Source: Promethearchaeota archaeon (GTDB lineage: Archaea > Asgardarchaeota > Lokiarchaeia > Sigyniarchaeales > SOKP01). From it: a stretch of 43,109 bases of DNA. Under the pieces are notes generated by a model. It did not search any database. It was not told the origin of the DNA and saw only the letters and a program-made list of their open reading frames with translations. How positions within the stretch are numbered: position 1 is the stretch's first letter; the number at the start of each line of letters is the position of its first letter. Location of the stretch: NCBI GenBank assembly GCA_048940925.1, contig JBHLOC010000040.1:1-43109 (forward strand), in the 5' to 3' direction. Below are positions 7,831-18,137 of the stretch, in pieces. The translations under genes and the position numbers were made by a program.

Positions 7831-9714
7831 ATGGCGAAATTAATGAAAAATAAGAAAATTTTAGTAATTTTAATACTTGTATTTTTGAATCTTAGTTTCT
7901 TGTTCCAAAATCATAATATTGTTAATACAATTCGAGAAGAATACGATAAGAAAGAAATGACACCCATATTATCTTCTAGTAATTCTGTTGTATACGAATG
8001 GATTCGAATATGGGGTAGTCTAGAAAGTGAATATGCTTATGATATGGCATTAGATTCAATAGGCAATATTTATCTTGTGGGAAATACATATAACCCTTTA
8101 AATTATCACGATATGTGTGTTGTAAAATTTAACAGCTCTGGTGACTATCAATGGAATAGCACATGGGATGGGGGTGGAATTCATGGCGATGATGCTTATG
8201 CTATAGCATTAGATTCATTAGGCAACATTTATCTTGCGGGATTAACCTATGAGGGAGAAGAACATGTCATGTGTGTGGTAAAATTTAACAGCTCCGGTGA
8301 CTATCAATGGAATAGCACATGGGACGGAGGGATTAATCATATGGATCGGGCTGAAGGAATAGCATTAGATTCATCAGGTAATATTTATCTTGCAGGAGCT
8401 ACATTTGACGGAATAAGTAATACCGATATGTGTTTAGTAAAATTTGATAATTCTGGTCAATATCAATGGAATCATACATTGGATGGAGGATATCATGATG
8501 TTGCTTATGGAATAACATTAGATTCTTCAGATAATATCTACCTTGGGGGATATACATTCAACAGTGTGAGTGATTACGACATGTGTGTAGTAAAATTTAA
8601 CAACTCTGGTGACTATCAATGGAATAGCACATGGGACGGAGGGATTTACGATGAGGATATTGCTAATGGAATAGCATTAGATTCATCAGGCAATATTTAT
8701 CTTGCGGGTTATACATACGACGTGGTAAGCGATTGGGATATGTGTCTTGTAAAATTTGATAACTCTGGTAACTATCAATGGAGTTGTACAAGGGGTGGAG
8801 ATTATTCTGATGTTGCTCATTCAATGGTATTAGATTCATCAGATAATATTTATCTTGCAGGATTTTCTGAGAGTGTATTGAGTGGTTTCGATCTGAGTTT
8901 GGTAAAATTCAACAGCATTGGTGAATACCAATGGAATCATACATGGGACGGAAGCAATAATGATATAGGTTATGGACTAGCATTAGATTCATCAGAGAAT
9001 ATATATCTTGCGGGAAATACATATAACAGTGTGAGTTTAACTGATATGTGTTTAGTGAAATATAATTCAGCACCAAAGATTAAGATTAATACACCAATCC
9101 AGAATAATTTCTATAACATTAGTGCCCCAAGTTATGATATTTCTATTCTTGACTCAGAATTAGATACAACATGGTATACTTTAGATGGAGGAATAACAAA
9201 CATTACATTTAGTGGATCAATAGGTAATATCAGTCAAGCAGAATGGGATAAAAAAGGCGAAGGTTTAGTTACTATTAATTTTCATGCAAATGATTCTATA
9301 GGTCTTGAGGGAATTTCAGGGGTATCTGTCTATAAAGATATAACTGCTCCAACCTCATCAATATCTTTTACACCCTATAAAGGAACTAATATAGTGAAAA
9401 AATCAACCAACTTTACTCTAACAGCTGATGATGGACAAGGCTCAGGGGTTGCTTCGATTATGTATAAAATTAATGACGGGGATTGGATTAATTTTAGCAC
9501 TCCTTTTGATTTATCTGATTTTAAATCCGGTAATTTTAACATCTCATATTATTCGATTGATAAAATGGGCAATATCGAAAATATAAACTCACAGGAAGTA
9601 AAAATACCTGGACCAGGCGGAATCCCTGGATACAGCCTTTTACTCGTGATAAGCTTAATTTGTGTGAGTTCAGTAGTAATTATTAAATATCGAAATAAAA
9701 GTTTAAAGAAATAA
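7831..9714 (+). CDS. Secreted 7-blade beta-propeller (SBBP-type) surface protein with Ig-like domains and an IPGY-TM-basic (Loki-CTERM/PGF-CTERM-like) anchor
   Basis: N-terminal signal/TM segment; seven repeats of AxxIALDSSxNIYLAG...DMCxVKF; C-terminus GIPGYSLLLVISLICVSSVVIIKYRNKSLKK. Confidence 0.85.
   Translation: MAKLMKNKKILVILILVFLNLSFLFQNHNIVNTIREEYDKKEMTPILSSSNSVVYEWIRIWGSLESEYAYDMALDSIGNIYLVGNTYNPLNYHDMCVVKFNSSGDYQWNSTWDGGGIHGDDAYAIALDSLGNIYLAGLTYEGEEHVMCVVKFNSSGDYQWNSTWDGGINHMDRAEGIALDSSGNIYLAGATFDGISNTDMCLVKFDNSGQYQWNHTLDGGYHDVAYGITLDSSDNIYLGGYTFNSVSDYDMCVVKFNNSGDYQWNSTWDGGIYDEDIANGIALDSSGNIYLAGYTYDVVSDWDMCLVKFDNSGNYQWSCTRGGDYSDVAHSMVLDSSDNIYLAGFSESVLSGFDLSLVKFNSIGEYQWNHTWDGSNNDIGYGLALDSSENIYLAGNTYNSVSLTDMCLVKYNSAPKIKINTPIQNNFYNISAPSYDISILDSELDTTWYTLDGGITNITFSGSIGNISQAEWDKKGEGLVTINFHANDSIGLEGISGVSVYKDITAPTSSISFTPYKGTNIVKKSTNFTLTADDGQGSGVASIMYKINDGDWINFSTPFDLSDFKSGNFNISYYSIDKMGNIENINSQEVKIPGPGGIPGYSLLLVISLICVSSVVIIKYRNKSLKK
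7990..9066 (+). repeat. Intragenic tandem repeats of ~150-160 bp (propeller blades)
   Basis: Near-identical copies of gtaaaatttaacagctctggtgactatcaatggaatagcacatggga start at 8122, 8278 and 8590. Confidence 0.85.
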
Positions 9715-9857
9715 ATACAATTTTTTTTCTATTTTTTTAATATATATTTTCTTTCAAAATTATAAAGTATAGTATTTTTAGTTTCATTTTTATGAAATTT
9801 ATTAAATTTTAGCTTTAATGGACTTTCTAATTAATTTAGTCTTATATAATATGAGAC

Positions 9858-9965
9858 TTCTCAGAGAATAACCATTTTTTATCTAATAATTAAAGAACTT
9901 GATATTTCTAATGAAGTAGAACCTTAACTTTTTAAAAATTTGTAGGATTATTACTCTCAGAGAGT
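9858..9965 (+). promoter_or_regulatory. Candidate promoter/operator of the ABC operon
   Basis: Palindromic TCTCAGAGA at 9859-9867 and 9955-9963 flanks TTTAAA at 9931-9936. Confidence 0.35.
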
Positions 9966-9994
9966 TAAAAATTTACTATAAATTTTTCAGAACG

Positions 9995-11164
9995 ATGCCA
10001 GTTATTAAAAAAAGTGAAGAAATGGAAGAATATGAGGAAGAGACGGGGAAATTGGCCATCTGGAAGGGAAAAGTAAGTAAGGACTTTGAGAAATGGAGGG
10101 ACAAGAAGAGAAGAGAGACTATAAAGCGCCAGAAAACTGAAATTTTGTCCCAGTCCCGAATTGAGAGGAAAAAGATGAAAAAAGAAATTAGGGATGATAA
10201 GATCGCTGGAAAAGATTACGATCATTTGATTGTAGTTGAAAATCTCCATAAAACATATTTATTAGGAACAACAGCCGTGGCAGCTTTAAGGGGTGTTGAC
10301 TTGATTATAGATAATGGTGATTTTGTTGATATTATGGGACCTTCAGGTTCTGGAAAGACAACATTACTTAACTTAATTGGAGGACTTGATACTCCAACGA
10401 GAGGAAAGGTGTTTTTAGAGGGCAGGAATATAAGTATGCTTTCAGATAATGAACTTGCAGAGATTAGAAGAGAAAGAATTGGATTTGTGTTTCAATTCTA
10501 TAATTTATTACCTCAAATGACTGCTTTGGAAAATGTTATGGTCCCATTGCATTTTTCAGGGAAGCTAAGCCGTCGAGGAAAAAGAAAAAGAGCTATGGAT
10601 CTCTTAAGATTAGTAGAATTAGACGAGAGAGCGCATCACACACCTTCAGAATTAAGTGGGGGTGAACAACAAAGAGTTGCCATTGCGAGAGCTTTTGCTA
10701 ATGATCCTGCTATATGTGTATTAGACGAGCCAACAGGAGATTTAGATACTAAAACAGGTGTTTTGATTTTAAATCTTCTAAGAGATTTAAATAGGAGAGG
10801 TGCTACTTTTATTGCAGTAAGTCACGATGCTCTTGTTTCAGAATTTGCAACTAGAGTCTTCCATATGAGAGATGGGAAGCTTACCCATGAAGGAAAAGTT
10901 GCTGGCTTAAAAGAGACGGAGATTATGCAACTTAAGAGGCAACAAGAAACAGAAATTAATAAAGAGAAGTGTAAGAGTAAAATTTTTCAATATTTATTTG
11001 CTAATCAGAATGAAAATGAAGTTAATTTAAATGATATTAAAAATAGTATCCCTAGCTCATTATTATCAAATTTACCTGAACACTTCAATGATATATTGCA
11101 AGAATTAATAGATGAAAATAATATTTATGCTAGAATTGAAGGAAATTTATTAATTTTTCAATAG
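9995..11164 (+). CDS. ABC ATPase, MacB/LolD/FtsE family, with N- and C-terminal extensions
   Basis: Walker A GPSGSGKTT, GFVFQFYNL Q-loop, LSGGEQQRVAIARA signature, DEPTGDLD Walker B/D-loop and SHD switch. Confidence 0.95.
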   Translation: MPVIKKSEEMEEYEEETGKLAIWKGKVSKDFEKWRDKKRRETIKRQKTEILSQSRIERKKMKKEIRDDKIAGKDYDHLIVVENLHKTYLLGTTAVAALRGVDLIIDNGDFVDIMGPSGSGKTTLLNLIGGLDTPTRGKVFLEGRNISMLSDNELAEIRRERIGFVFQFYNLLPQMTALENVMVPLHFSGKLSRRGKRKRAMDLLRLVELDERAHHTPSELSGGEQQRVAIARAFANDPAICVLDEPTGDLDTKTGVLILNLLRDLNRRGATFIAVSHDALVSEFATRVFHMRDGKLTHEGKVAGLKETEIMQLKRQQETEINKEKCKSKIFQYLFANQNENEVNLNDIKNSIPSSLLSNLPEHFNDILQELIDENNIYARIEGNLLIFQ

Positions 11165-11173
11165 ATTGATTAA

Positions 11174-14100
11174 ATGACCCACTTTAAATTAATAATAAAA
11201 TATGCATTTTTAGATTTAAAGAAACAAAGGGTAAGAACCCTTTTAGCAATATTTGGAATGTTGATTTCCATTGGGCTTCTCACTACAGTCTTATTTTTAA
11301 GTGACTCCATCTCTTCGAGTTATGTAGATTACCTTACAATAGATTCAGGAAATCAAGATGCTGTAGTTTCAGTAAGGCATTATAATGGAGAACCAGAAAA
11401 TAGATCATCTTATTTTAAGTATAGACCAGTAATTGAAACGGTACAAGAAACTTCTGATGTTTTTCGGGATTTCATACCTAGGACGGAATTATATGGGATG
11501 GTAAAAATTTCAGAGGATTTTAACTCTACAACTCCTACGGATGAGGAAGAATGGTGTATGATTTCTGCGATTAATTTCTCTCTAGAAAACAACGTAAAAT
11601 TTGGAACCTTTAATGATCCATTTACCAATAAGATACTAAATTTGAATGAATTACCCACAAATCAATGTGCGATATATTATGGTTTCAATAATGTTATAAA
11701 GTACGCTAAAAATGATAAAATTGAAATTAAAATGGGATTAAGTCATGGAAATAGAACTATTAATATTGTGAAAAATCTAACTATTAATACCATTTTTGAT
11801 TTCAATTTAAAATGGCCAAATGATTATCGTAATAACCATCTTATTGTTGTTGATATTAATACATTTTATGGATTATTCGGGAATAATAATTTTTCTGGAC
11901 GATGCAGTAAATTAATACTTACATTGAAAGATAGTAAAAAATTCTATGATATAAGGGATTTTGAAGGATCCAAAACTAATATAAAAGAAATGATTAGTGA
12001 TGTTCAAGTTGCACTAGGAATTCAAAAATACAATATAGATTTACCAAAATTAAGAGTATTAGGGTATTCTGAGTTTTTAAGTGTGTTAATAGTTGTGGTA
12101 TTTGTGTTTGTATCAATTATAGCGATGTTAATCTCTGGAGTATTGATAAATGGAACATTAAAAACATCCGTTGAAGAAAGAATTAGAGAATTCGGGATAT
12201 TTAGGACATTAGGAACTAATAAGAAATATAATTTATACATCGTATTAATGCAGGGATTTTTATTATGTAATTTTGGAACAATTTCTGGTATAATATCTGC
12301 AGTTTTTATAACTAGGTTTATCATTATACCATTTGCCAACAATGTAATAAGTACTAGTGGAATAGGGTTTACTTCATTATCTTTTTCTCTTACTTTATGG
12401 TCGGTAATATTTTCTTATATTATCGGTGTAATTGTTGGATTAATTGTTAGCATCTCTCCTGCTGTGAAAGTGATGCGTCTTCAATTAATCGAATCAATCC
12501 ACCCATATCGTCATGAAGATACCCTGTACCATTTACGACAAAAATCTACAGTTAATTATAAATTAATTTTAATAGGGGTTATATTATTTCTCAACGGAGG
12601 ATTCGTCTTTTTAATTATCCCAAGAATTATGATAGCAGGTGATTTAACTTTATTTGCAGGAACACTTATAGCCATATTATTAATTTTTAATATTGGATTA
12701 ACTCTTGCGGGATTAGGTTTAATTCCCCTTATTTTAAGAATTTTTATTATAATTTTTAAACCTATATCTAGGCGTCTTCATAATGTTATTAAAATTCTTG
12801 TATTTCGATATCAAAGGAGAAATTCAAGTACTGTTATGATATTTGCCTTATCTTTTTCATTCGTCATTTTCACTTCTACCATCATAAATACTTTATCAGC
12901 ACAATCCACAGCTTCTACTAAATTGTCATATGGGTCTGATTTAGTTATTGAAACAACAGGTTGGAAAGAACAAGAAAGAATTTTTCAAGGAGGATTTGGA
13001 TTTGGTGGTGGTTTTATGTCATCTGATGTTGTTGATTCTCAAGATCTTTTGTTAAATACTAAAAAAGCTCAAGAAATGGAATTACTTGATTCCTCTATTG
13101 ATCCAAATAAAATTATGACTATCGATTTTGAAGAAGAATTACTTTCTATTGACGGAATTGAAAAAGTTTCTTCAGTCTTAGCTAAACCATTTCAACTAAC
13201 CCAAATATATTCAGAAGCAGATAAAGAATTTAGTGCAGAAATAGGTGATTATGCAGGATTAAGTACAGAGGAGATCACGCTAATTGGAATCGATGAAGAA
13301 TACTTATACACAGTGAAAAATGAATTTATTGAAATGACTTCTGGCTCTATAGAAAAATCATTTGGGAATTTATTCAATTATGAAGAATATTATACCTGCA
13401 TTATTTCTGAAGCTATTTCAATCGCATTTGATTTAAATTTAAATGATAAAATCCGGATTGTGGTCTATAGAGGTGATGAATTAGAAGTTTATCCTTTTAA
13501 AATTGTTGGAACAGCTAAAAGTATGCCTGGATTTAGTAGAGAATTTGGAGCTTCAGGTGCACAAGCTACAAGAGGAGGAGTTCTAATATCTCAAGAAACT
13601 TATATTAAGATCATGGATATCCCTCCAATTCCATACTTGGACAGAATTTTTATCAAACTTCGGGAAGATAAAGGCACATCTGATTATAGTATTGAAACTT
13701 ATATAATTGATAATTATCGTAATGAATATAATTTTGTATTACATAATCTAAAAAGAAATGTTGCAAGACAGAGATCCTCTTTCTTTGTATTGGATACACT
13801 TTTTACTTTAATAACATTAACTACGGTATTTATTTGTATATTTGGATTGTTATCTTCATCGTATTCAACCATTATTGAGAGAAAAAAAGAAATTGGAATT
13901 GTGAGAACTTTAGGTTTGAAGGGTAATGAAATAAATCGCTTGTTTATAATTGAGGCTTTGATAATTATGATAAGTAGTGGAACAGTTGGGGTCATAATTG
14001 GCTGGCTTTCGGCTTGGATTGTTACTTCTAATTTGAGTACAATGATAGGGATGCCTGATGTTATTTACATACCCTGGTTTAATATGATATTAATCTTTTT

Positions 14101-14194
14101 AGTTTCGATATTCATGATATTGATAGGGATGAGGATACTTTTAAGAAAAGCAAGAAAAAAAGAAATTGTTGAAATTTATAGAGAGACTGTATAA
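11174..14194 (+). CDS. ABC permease, FtsX/MacB family (fused double-domain type)
   Basis: RTLLAIFG in TM1; two FtsX motifs, ERIREFGIFRTLG and ERKKEIGIVRTLG; two large extracellular loops. Confidence 0.92.
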   Translation: MTHFKLIIKYAFLDLKKQRVRTLLAIFGMLISIGLLTTVLFLSDSISSSYVDYLTIDSGNQDAVVSVRHYNGEPENRSSYFKYRPVIETVQETSDVFRDFIPRTELYGMVKISEDFNSTTPTDEEEWCMISAINFSLENNVKFGTFNDPFTNKILNLNELPTNQCAIYYGFNNVIKYAKNDKIEIKMGLSHGNRTINIVKNLTINTIFDFNLKWPNDYRNNHLIVVDINTFYGLFGNNNFSGRCSKLILTLKDSKKFYDIRDFEGSKTNIKEMISDVQVALGIQKYNIDLPKLRVLGYSEFLSVLIVVVFVFVSIIAMLISGVLINGTLKTSVEERIREFGIFRTLGTNKKYNLYIVLMQGFLLCNFGTISGIISAVFITRFIIIPFANNVISTSGIGFTSLSFSLTLWSVIFSYIIGVIVGLIVSISPAVKVMRLQLIESIHPYRHEDTLYHLRQKSTVNYKLILIGVILFLNGGFVFLIIPRIMIAGDLTLFAGTLIAILLIFNIGLTLAGLGLIPLILRIFIIIFKPISRRLHNVIKILVFRYQRRNSSTVMIFALSFSFVIFTSTIINTLSAQSTASTKLSYGSDLVIETTGWKEQERIFQGGFGFGGGFMSSDVVDSQDLLLNTKKAQEMELLDSSIDPNKIMTIDFEEELLSIDGIEKVSSVLAKPFQLTQIYSEADKEFSAEIGDYAGLSTEEITLIGIDEEYLYTVKNEFIEMTSGSIEKSFGNLFNYEEYYTCIISEAISIAFDLNLNDKIRIVVYRGDELEVYPFKIVGTAKSMPGFSREFGASGAQATRGGVLISQETYIKIMDIPPIPYLDRIFIKLREDKGTSDYSIETYIIDNYRNEYNFVLHNLKRNVARQRSSFFVLDTLFTLITLTTVFICIFGLLSSSYSTIIERKKEIGIVRTLGLKGNEINRLFIIEALIIMISSGTVGVIIGWLSAWIVTSNLSTMIGMPDVIYIPWFNMILIFLVSIFMILIGMRILLRKARKKEIVEIYRETV

Positions 14195-14210
14195 GGCTGA
14201 GGTTTTTTAA

Positions 14211-17200
14211 TTGAGGGGAGTAATAAATTTACAAAATAGAAAAAAAAGATACCTTGGTTTTATTATTGTAGTGGCATTTATAGCTCCTTTCAATTTGTTT
14301 TTTAATACTTTGATTGTCAATTATCATTTAAAAACCCTTAATATTAATAACGACGAACCTTATGAAAAGAATAATTTAAAGACATCTGATATAGCTGGAA
14401 CTGACCTTTATGCAGAACAAATTAATGCCTATGTTGCGGGCAATAAATCTTTGATAAAACAATCATTATTTACAAATGATACAAATATTTTTTCCCAATT
14501 TGATATTAATGATCCTGCTTTTTATAAATGTAATATACTCATTAGTGCATCTAATACAATAAATCATAATATTTTTCCAAAAATTTTAACTGAAAGTGAT
14601 CTATCTTCTCAATATGCACTAGGTTTCAACAGTTTCGTCGGATTTCTTTACTATGATAATGAATTAACTCCTGAAAATGCTAAATCAAGATCAGAAAGAG
14701 CACTTGAAATTATAAGGAGTAAATTTCAAATTGATCTTATTATGGTAAATACCTCTGAATCAAACTTTTTTCCTTTTGTAGGATACTACCCCGATTGGGA
14801 GATTTATCTTCAAGAACTTACTTATAACCTTCCAATGGATGGATATTGGAAAGCTTTAGATATAGATCGTCTAAAAAGTGAGAATTATTTTAAAAATCAT
14901 CATATCTCATCAACATTTATGGTCATTAATTCTTTAGATTTTTTTGAAAGTGATTTTAATATTACTACTGATCAATTAAATTTCAATTTTCATGCTCTTG
15001 ATTTATCATTTTTAGAAAATCTGGAAACTGGAGGATTGATAGAGCAACTAAATAATACGATACAAAATTTTGAAGAAGTGATTAACACATCAGTTTCGGA
15101 AGAAGATTTAGTACAATTCCTTGAAATTCTTAGTTCTTTTAGTTTGTCAAATGATTCTCATTATACCACTTTTATGATTCAGTATGAAGGTGTGAATGAG
15201 GGCATAAGAAAAATTGGAAAAAATCAATACGAATTCAGTTTGTGGGATGCTTTAGGTTATGAAGGAGCTCCTCTAAGTCCAAGTGAAAAAATTTATATTG
15301 CTTTGATTGGTGCTTTTATGAGCGATATTGAAATAAATATTTTATGTACAGATATAATTGATACTACTCCCCTCAATTTCAAATTTTATGATTATCTTTT
15401 AGAACAAATAAGTTTGCTATTCTATCTTGCAGGTGCTGAATTTGATGTTCAAACTTTAAGAAATTATTCATTTGAATTATTTTGGTTTGATGATGAGGGA
15501 GTTAAACGCTCCTATATAAAACCAGTTAATTTAAATGATACTACCGATATAATAAATCTTCTACAATTATTTGGTTTTCAAGGATTACCATATATTCCAA
15601 CAGGTATTGTAAACCCCTTTGAAGATTTTATTGTTAAGTATAATGTATCTTATTCAGAGCCTAATTTATTGCTTAAAAAAGAATTGATTGGAAAGAATGC
15701 TTCATATGGAGCATATCGAAATTTTTCCTATTATATTTCTGCTAAAAATGTTGGAAATGTAACTGCGTGGGGAGTACCTACTCCTCTTCCTATAGAACTT
15801 GATTATTTCTTCTCAATTATAAGCCCATTTCCAGATGAACTTAAAAATGAAATGTGGAAAGCAATAAATATCGAATATCCAAATCAATATGAATCTTTAG
15901 AGGATTTTTTTAACTTTGATGAAGATCCTCGTATCTTTTATTTTGATACATATGGTACAGGAGTTTTTGATACCTTTTATCCAAATTATCTAAATATTAC
16001 AAATTTATGGCCCTACAATGAAGTGGTTGATAAGATTTTCGATATAGTTTATCCTGATAATGAAGGTTATTTTAGACTACCTCTTAATACTGTTAAAGAA
16101 TTATTTATGAATGAAAGAAGCATATGGAATGATGATAACTGGAGATTATATCCAGGAGAAATCATATCCTATCAAGTAGAGAATATTTCTATTTCAAATT
16201 TAGACACATTTTCTCCTTTTTATAGAAATAATTTTTCAATTGAGACTTCACCAGAAACACCTGAAATTGTTTCAGGAACTTCTCTATATGGAACTACGCC
16301 TCAGATGGCTTTAGCTACAGATAATCAAAATTGGACCATTGGTTCAATTGAAAAATTCGCAGAGCAAAGAATAGATATCGATTTTATTTTTAAGAATGAA
16401 ACTATAATAGATTTTATTAATAATTCTTTGGAAATGGTCTCAATTATCATCAACTTCACTGCTTCACAAAATTTAGATGAATTATACTTTAAGATTTATA
16501 ATTTTGAGGTAGAAGAATTCTATGATATGACACCCTATTTAACTTCTATTGAAAATAATACTTGGAAATTTTCTATATCCAATAATAACGAAAGTCTGAA
16601 GTGGTTGTTCTACCCTGGTGATCCAGTAAATTTTACTACTCTTTTTAAATTATATTGCTCTAATTCAGAACAATTCAATATTTCAATAGAGGATTTAGAT
16701 ATAGAATTTTCGACAAGAGATATTAATATTAATGATGATTCCGGTTCTCGGTTAATATATGGGTCAAAAACAGGGTATGTACAAATGGATAGAAGGAGTA
16801 ATTCAATACCTTTAAGTACCTTTGATATGGCTTCAGTCGTAGCTACGGCTAATCTATCTCGGTATTCCTCGAGAGACGGAGAACTGAATACATATTTACT
16901 AAAACTAGAAAATATTGGTTCAGATACAGCAAAAAATATTAACATTTCAGCGACAGTTCCAGGGATTATAAATAATCCTAATAGTTTTACTCTTAAACAA
17001 AATAATTTGACATATTTTTTATCAAATCTTGCACCATCTGAAAATATATTGTTAAATTTTACATTCTATACACCTAATACAAGATCTATAAAAGATATTT
17101 CAATTTCTTATGAAAATCCTGAAAATATTCAAGGAGGGAATAGTACAAAGATAATGGTTTTACCTAATGAAGTTTATGTCTCAGCACCAATAGATTATGA

Positions 17201-18137
17201 TAAAAGATATCCATTTATTAGAACAATTGAAATATTTTATAATAATAACTCAAAATTAAAGTCAGAAGATGCTCCAGCAATAGGTACCGTCTTTAACTTA
17301 TCAGTAAATATTAAGAATAGAGGTCCTTTTGGATTTAATCTTTCTGATCTTCAATTTTCTATGAATGATCAATTTGGAGATCTCAAAAGGGTTGAAAATA
17401 AAACCATACTTTGCCAAAATATTGCTTATAATGACACTATAACTTTTAATATTACTTTGGAAAAATTAGACTGGAAGGGATATTATTATCCCCCAATTAA
17501 CTTTTTCGAAGGATCTGAAACAAATACTATTCAAATTTATTCTTCTACATCAAAATTATTAGGTAGAATAAATTTTTCGTTAAGTAAGCGGGTAGATAAG
17601 GAACAAGTAGAGATTGGAGAAAGGATTATAGTAACAATAGAATTAAAAAACACAGGAACGATTAGTGTAAATGATGTGCGAATAAATGATATGATAAGTT
17701 ATTCGCAATCAGAATTTGCATTGGTTAAAGGAAATTTAATAAATGTAACTTCAGAACTAGCAGCAGGAGAAACAATTTCCTTTAAATACATCATAAAAGC
17801 AAAAAAACAAGCTTTTGTAAGCTTACAACCCGCATCTATATCATATTATTATCTACTAAAAAGAGAAGAAAATTCTAATATAATTAATATAAAAATTATA
17901 ACTCCTCAATTATATCAATCATTATTTGTTATTATTCCAAGTTTTTTAGCAATTCTTATAATTATTCTATATATTTGGAGAATAAATAAGTATAAGCTGA
18001 AAAAGAGTGAATATGAACGAACAGAGATACATTTTTTTGATAAAAGTTCAAGAGAGTCAATTTTAACGGGAGAACATACTCTAAGAGAAAGATTAAGAAT
18101 TATATCAAAAGAATTAGACAATCAACGAGATGATTAA
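14211..18137 (+). CDS. Large membrane-anchored surface (glyco)protein with multiple DUF11/COG1361/TRAP-beta-like Ig domains
   Basis: N-terminal signal/TM; repeated xKNxG...A..V Ig motifs (SAKNVGNVTA, LENIGSDTA, IKNRG, LKNTGTISV); many N-x-S/T sequons; C-terminal TM and charged tail. Confidence 0.75.
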   Translation: MRGVINLQNRKKRYLGFIIVVAFIAPFNLFFNTLIVNYHLKTLNINNDEPYEKNNLKTSDIAGTDLYAEQINAYVAGNKSLIKQSLFTNDTNIFSQFDINDPAFYKCNILISASNTINHNIFPKILTESDLSSQYALGFNSFVGFLYYDNELTPENAKSRSERALEIIRSKFQIDLIMVNTSESNFFPFVGYYPDWEIYLQELTYNLPMDGYWKALDIDRLKSENYFKNHHISSTFMVINSLDFFESDFNITTDQLNFNFHALDLSFLENLETGGLIEQLNNTIQNFEEVINTSVSEEDLVQFLEILSSFSLSNDSHYTTFMIQYEGVNEGIRKIGKNQYEFSLWDALGYEGAPLSPSEKIYIALIGAFMSDIEINILCTDIIDTTPLNFKFYDYLLEQISLLFYLAGAEFDVQTLRNYSFELFWFDDEGVKRSYIKPVNLNDTTDIINLLQLFGFQGLPYIPTGIVNPFEDFIVKYNVSYSEPNLLLKKELIGKNASYGAYRNFSYYISAKNVGNVTAWGVPTPLPIELDYFFSIISPFPDELKNEMWKAINIEYPNQYESLEDFFNFDEDPRIFYFDTYGTGVFDTFYPNYLNITNLWPYNEVVDKIFDIVYPDNEGYFRLPLNTVKELFMNERSIWNDDNWRLYPGEIISYQVENISISNLDTFSPFYRNNFSIETSPETPEIVSGTSLYGTTPQMALATDNQNWTIGSIEKFAEQRIDIDFIFKNETIIDFINNSLEMVSIIINFTASQNLDELYFKIYNFEVEEFYDMTPYLTSIENNTWKFSISNNNESLKWLFYPGDPVNFTTLFKLYCSNSEQFNISIEDLDIEFSTRDININDDSGSRLIYGSKTGYVQMDRRSNSIPLSTFDMASVVATANLSRYSSRDGELNTYLLKLENIGSDTAKNINISATVPGIINNPNSFTLKQNNLTYFLSNLAPSENILLNFTFYTPNTRSIKDISISYENPENIQGGNSTKIMVLPNEVYVSAPIDYDKRYPFIRTIEIFYNNNSKLKSEDAPAIGTVFNLSVNIKNRGPFGFNLSDLQFSMNDQFGDLKRVENKTILCQNIAYNDTITFNITLEKLDWKGYYYPPINFFEGSETNTIQIYSSTSKLLGRINFSLSKRVDKEQVEIGERIIVTIELKNTGTISVNDVRINDMISYSQSEFALVKGNLINVTSELAAGETISFKYIIKAKKQAFVSLQPASISYYYLLKREENSNIINIKIITPQLYQSLFVIIPSFLAILIIILYIWRINKYKLKKSEYERTEIHFFDKSSRESILTGEHTLRERLRIISKELDNQRDD

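Noticed and set aside
7990-9066. Near-identical repeats as a CRISPR array or DGR template/variable repeats
   Set aside because: The repeats are in-frame protein blades with no unique spacers, the differences are not evidently adenine-specific, and no reverse transcriptase or cas gene is in the window.
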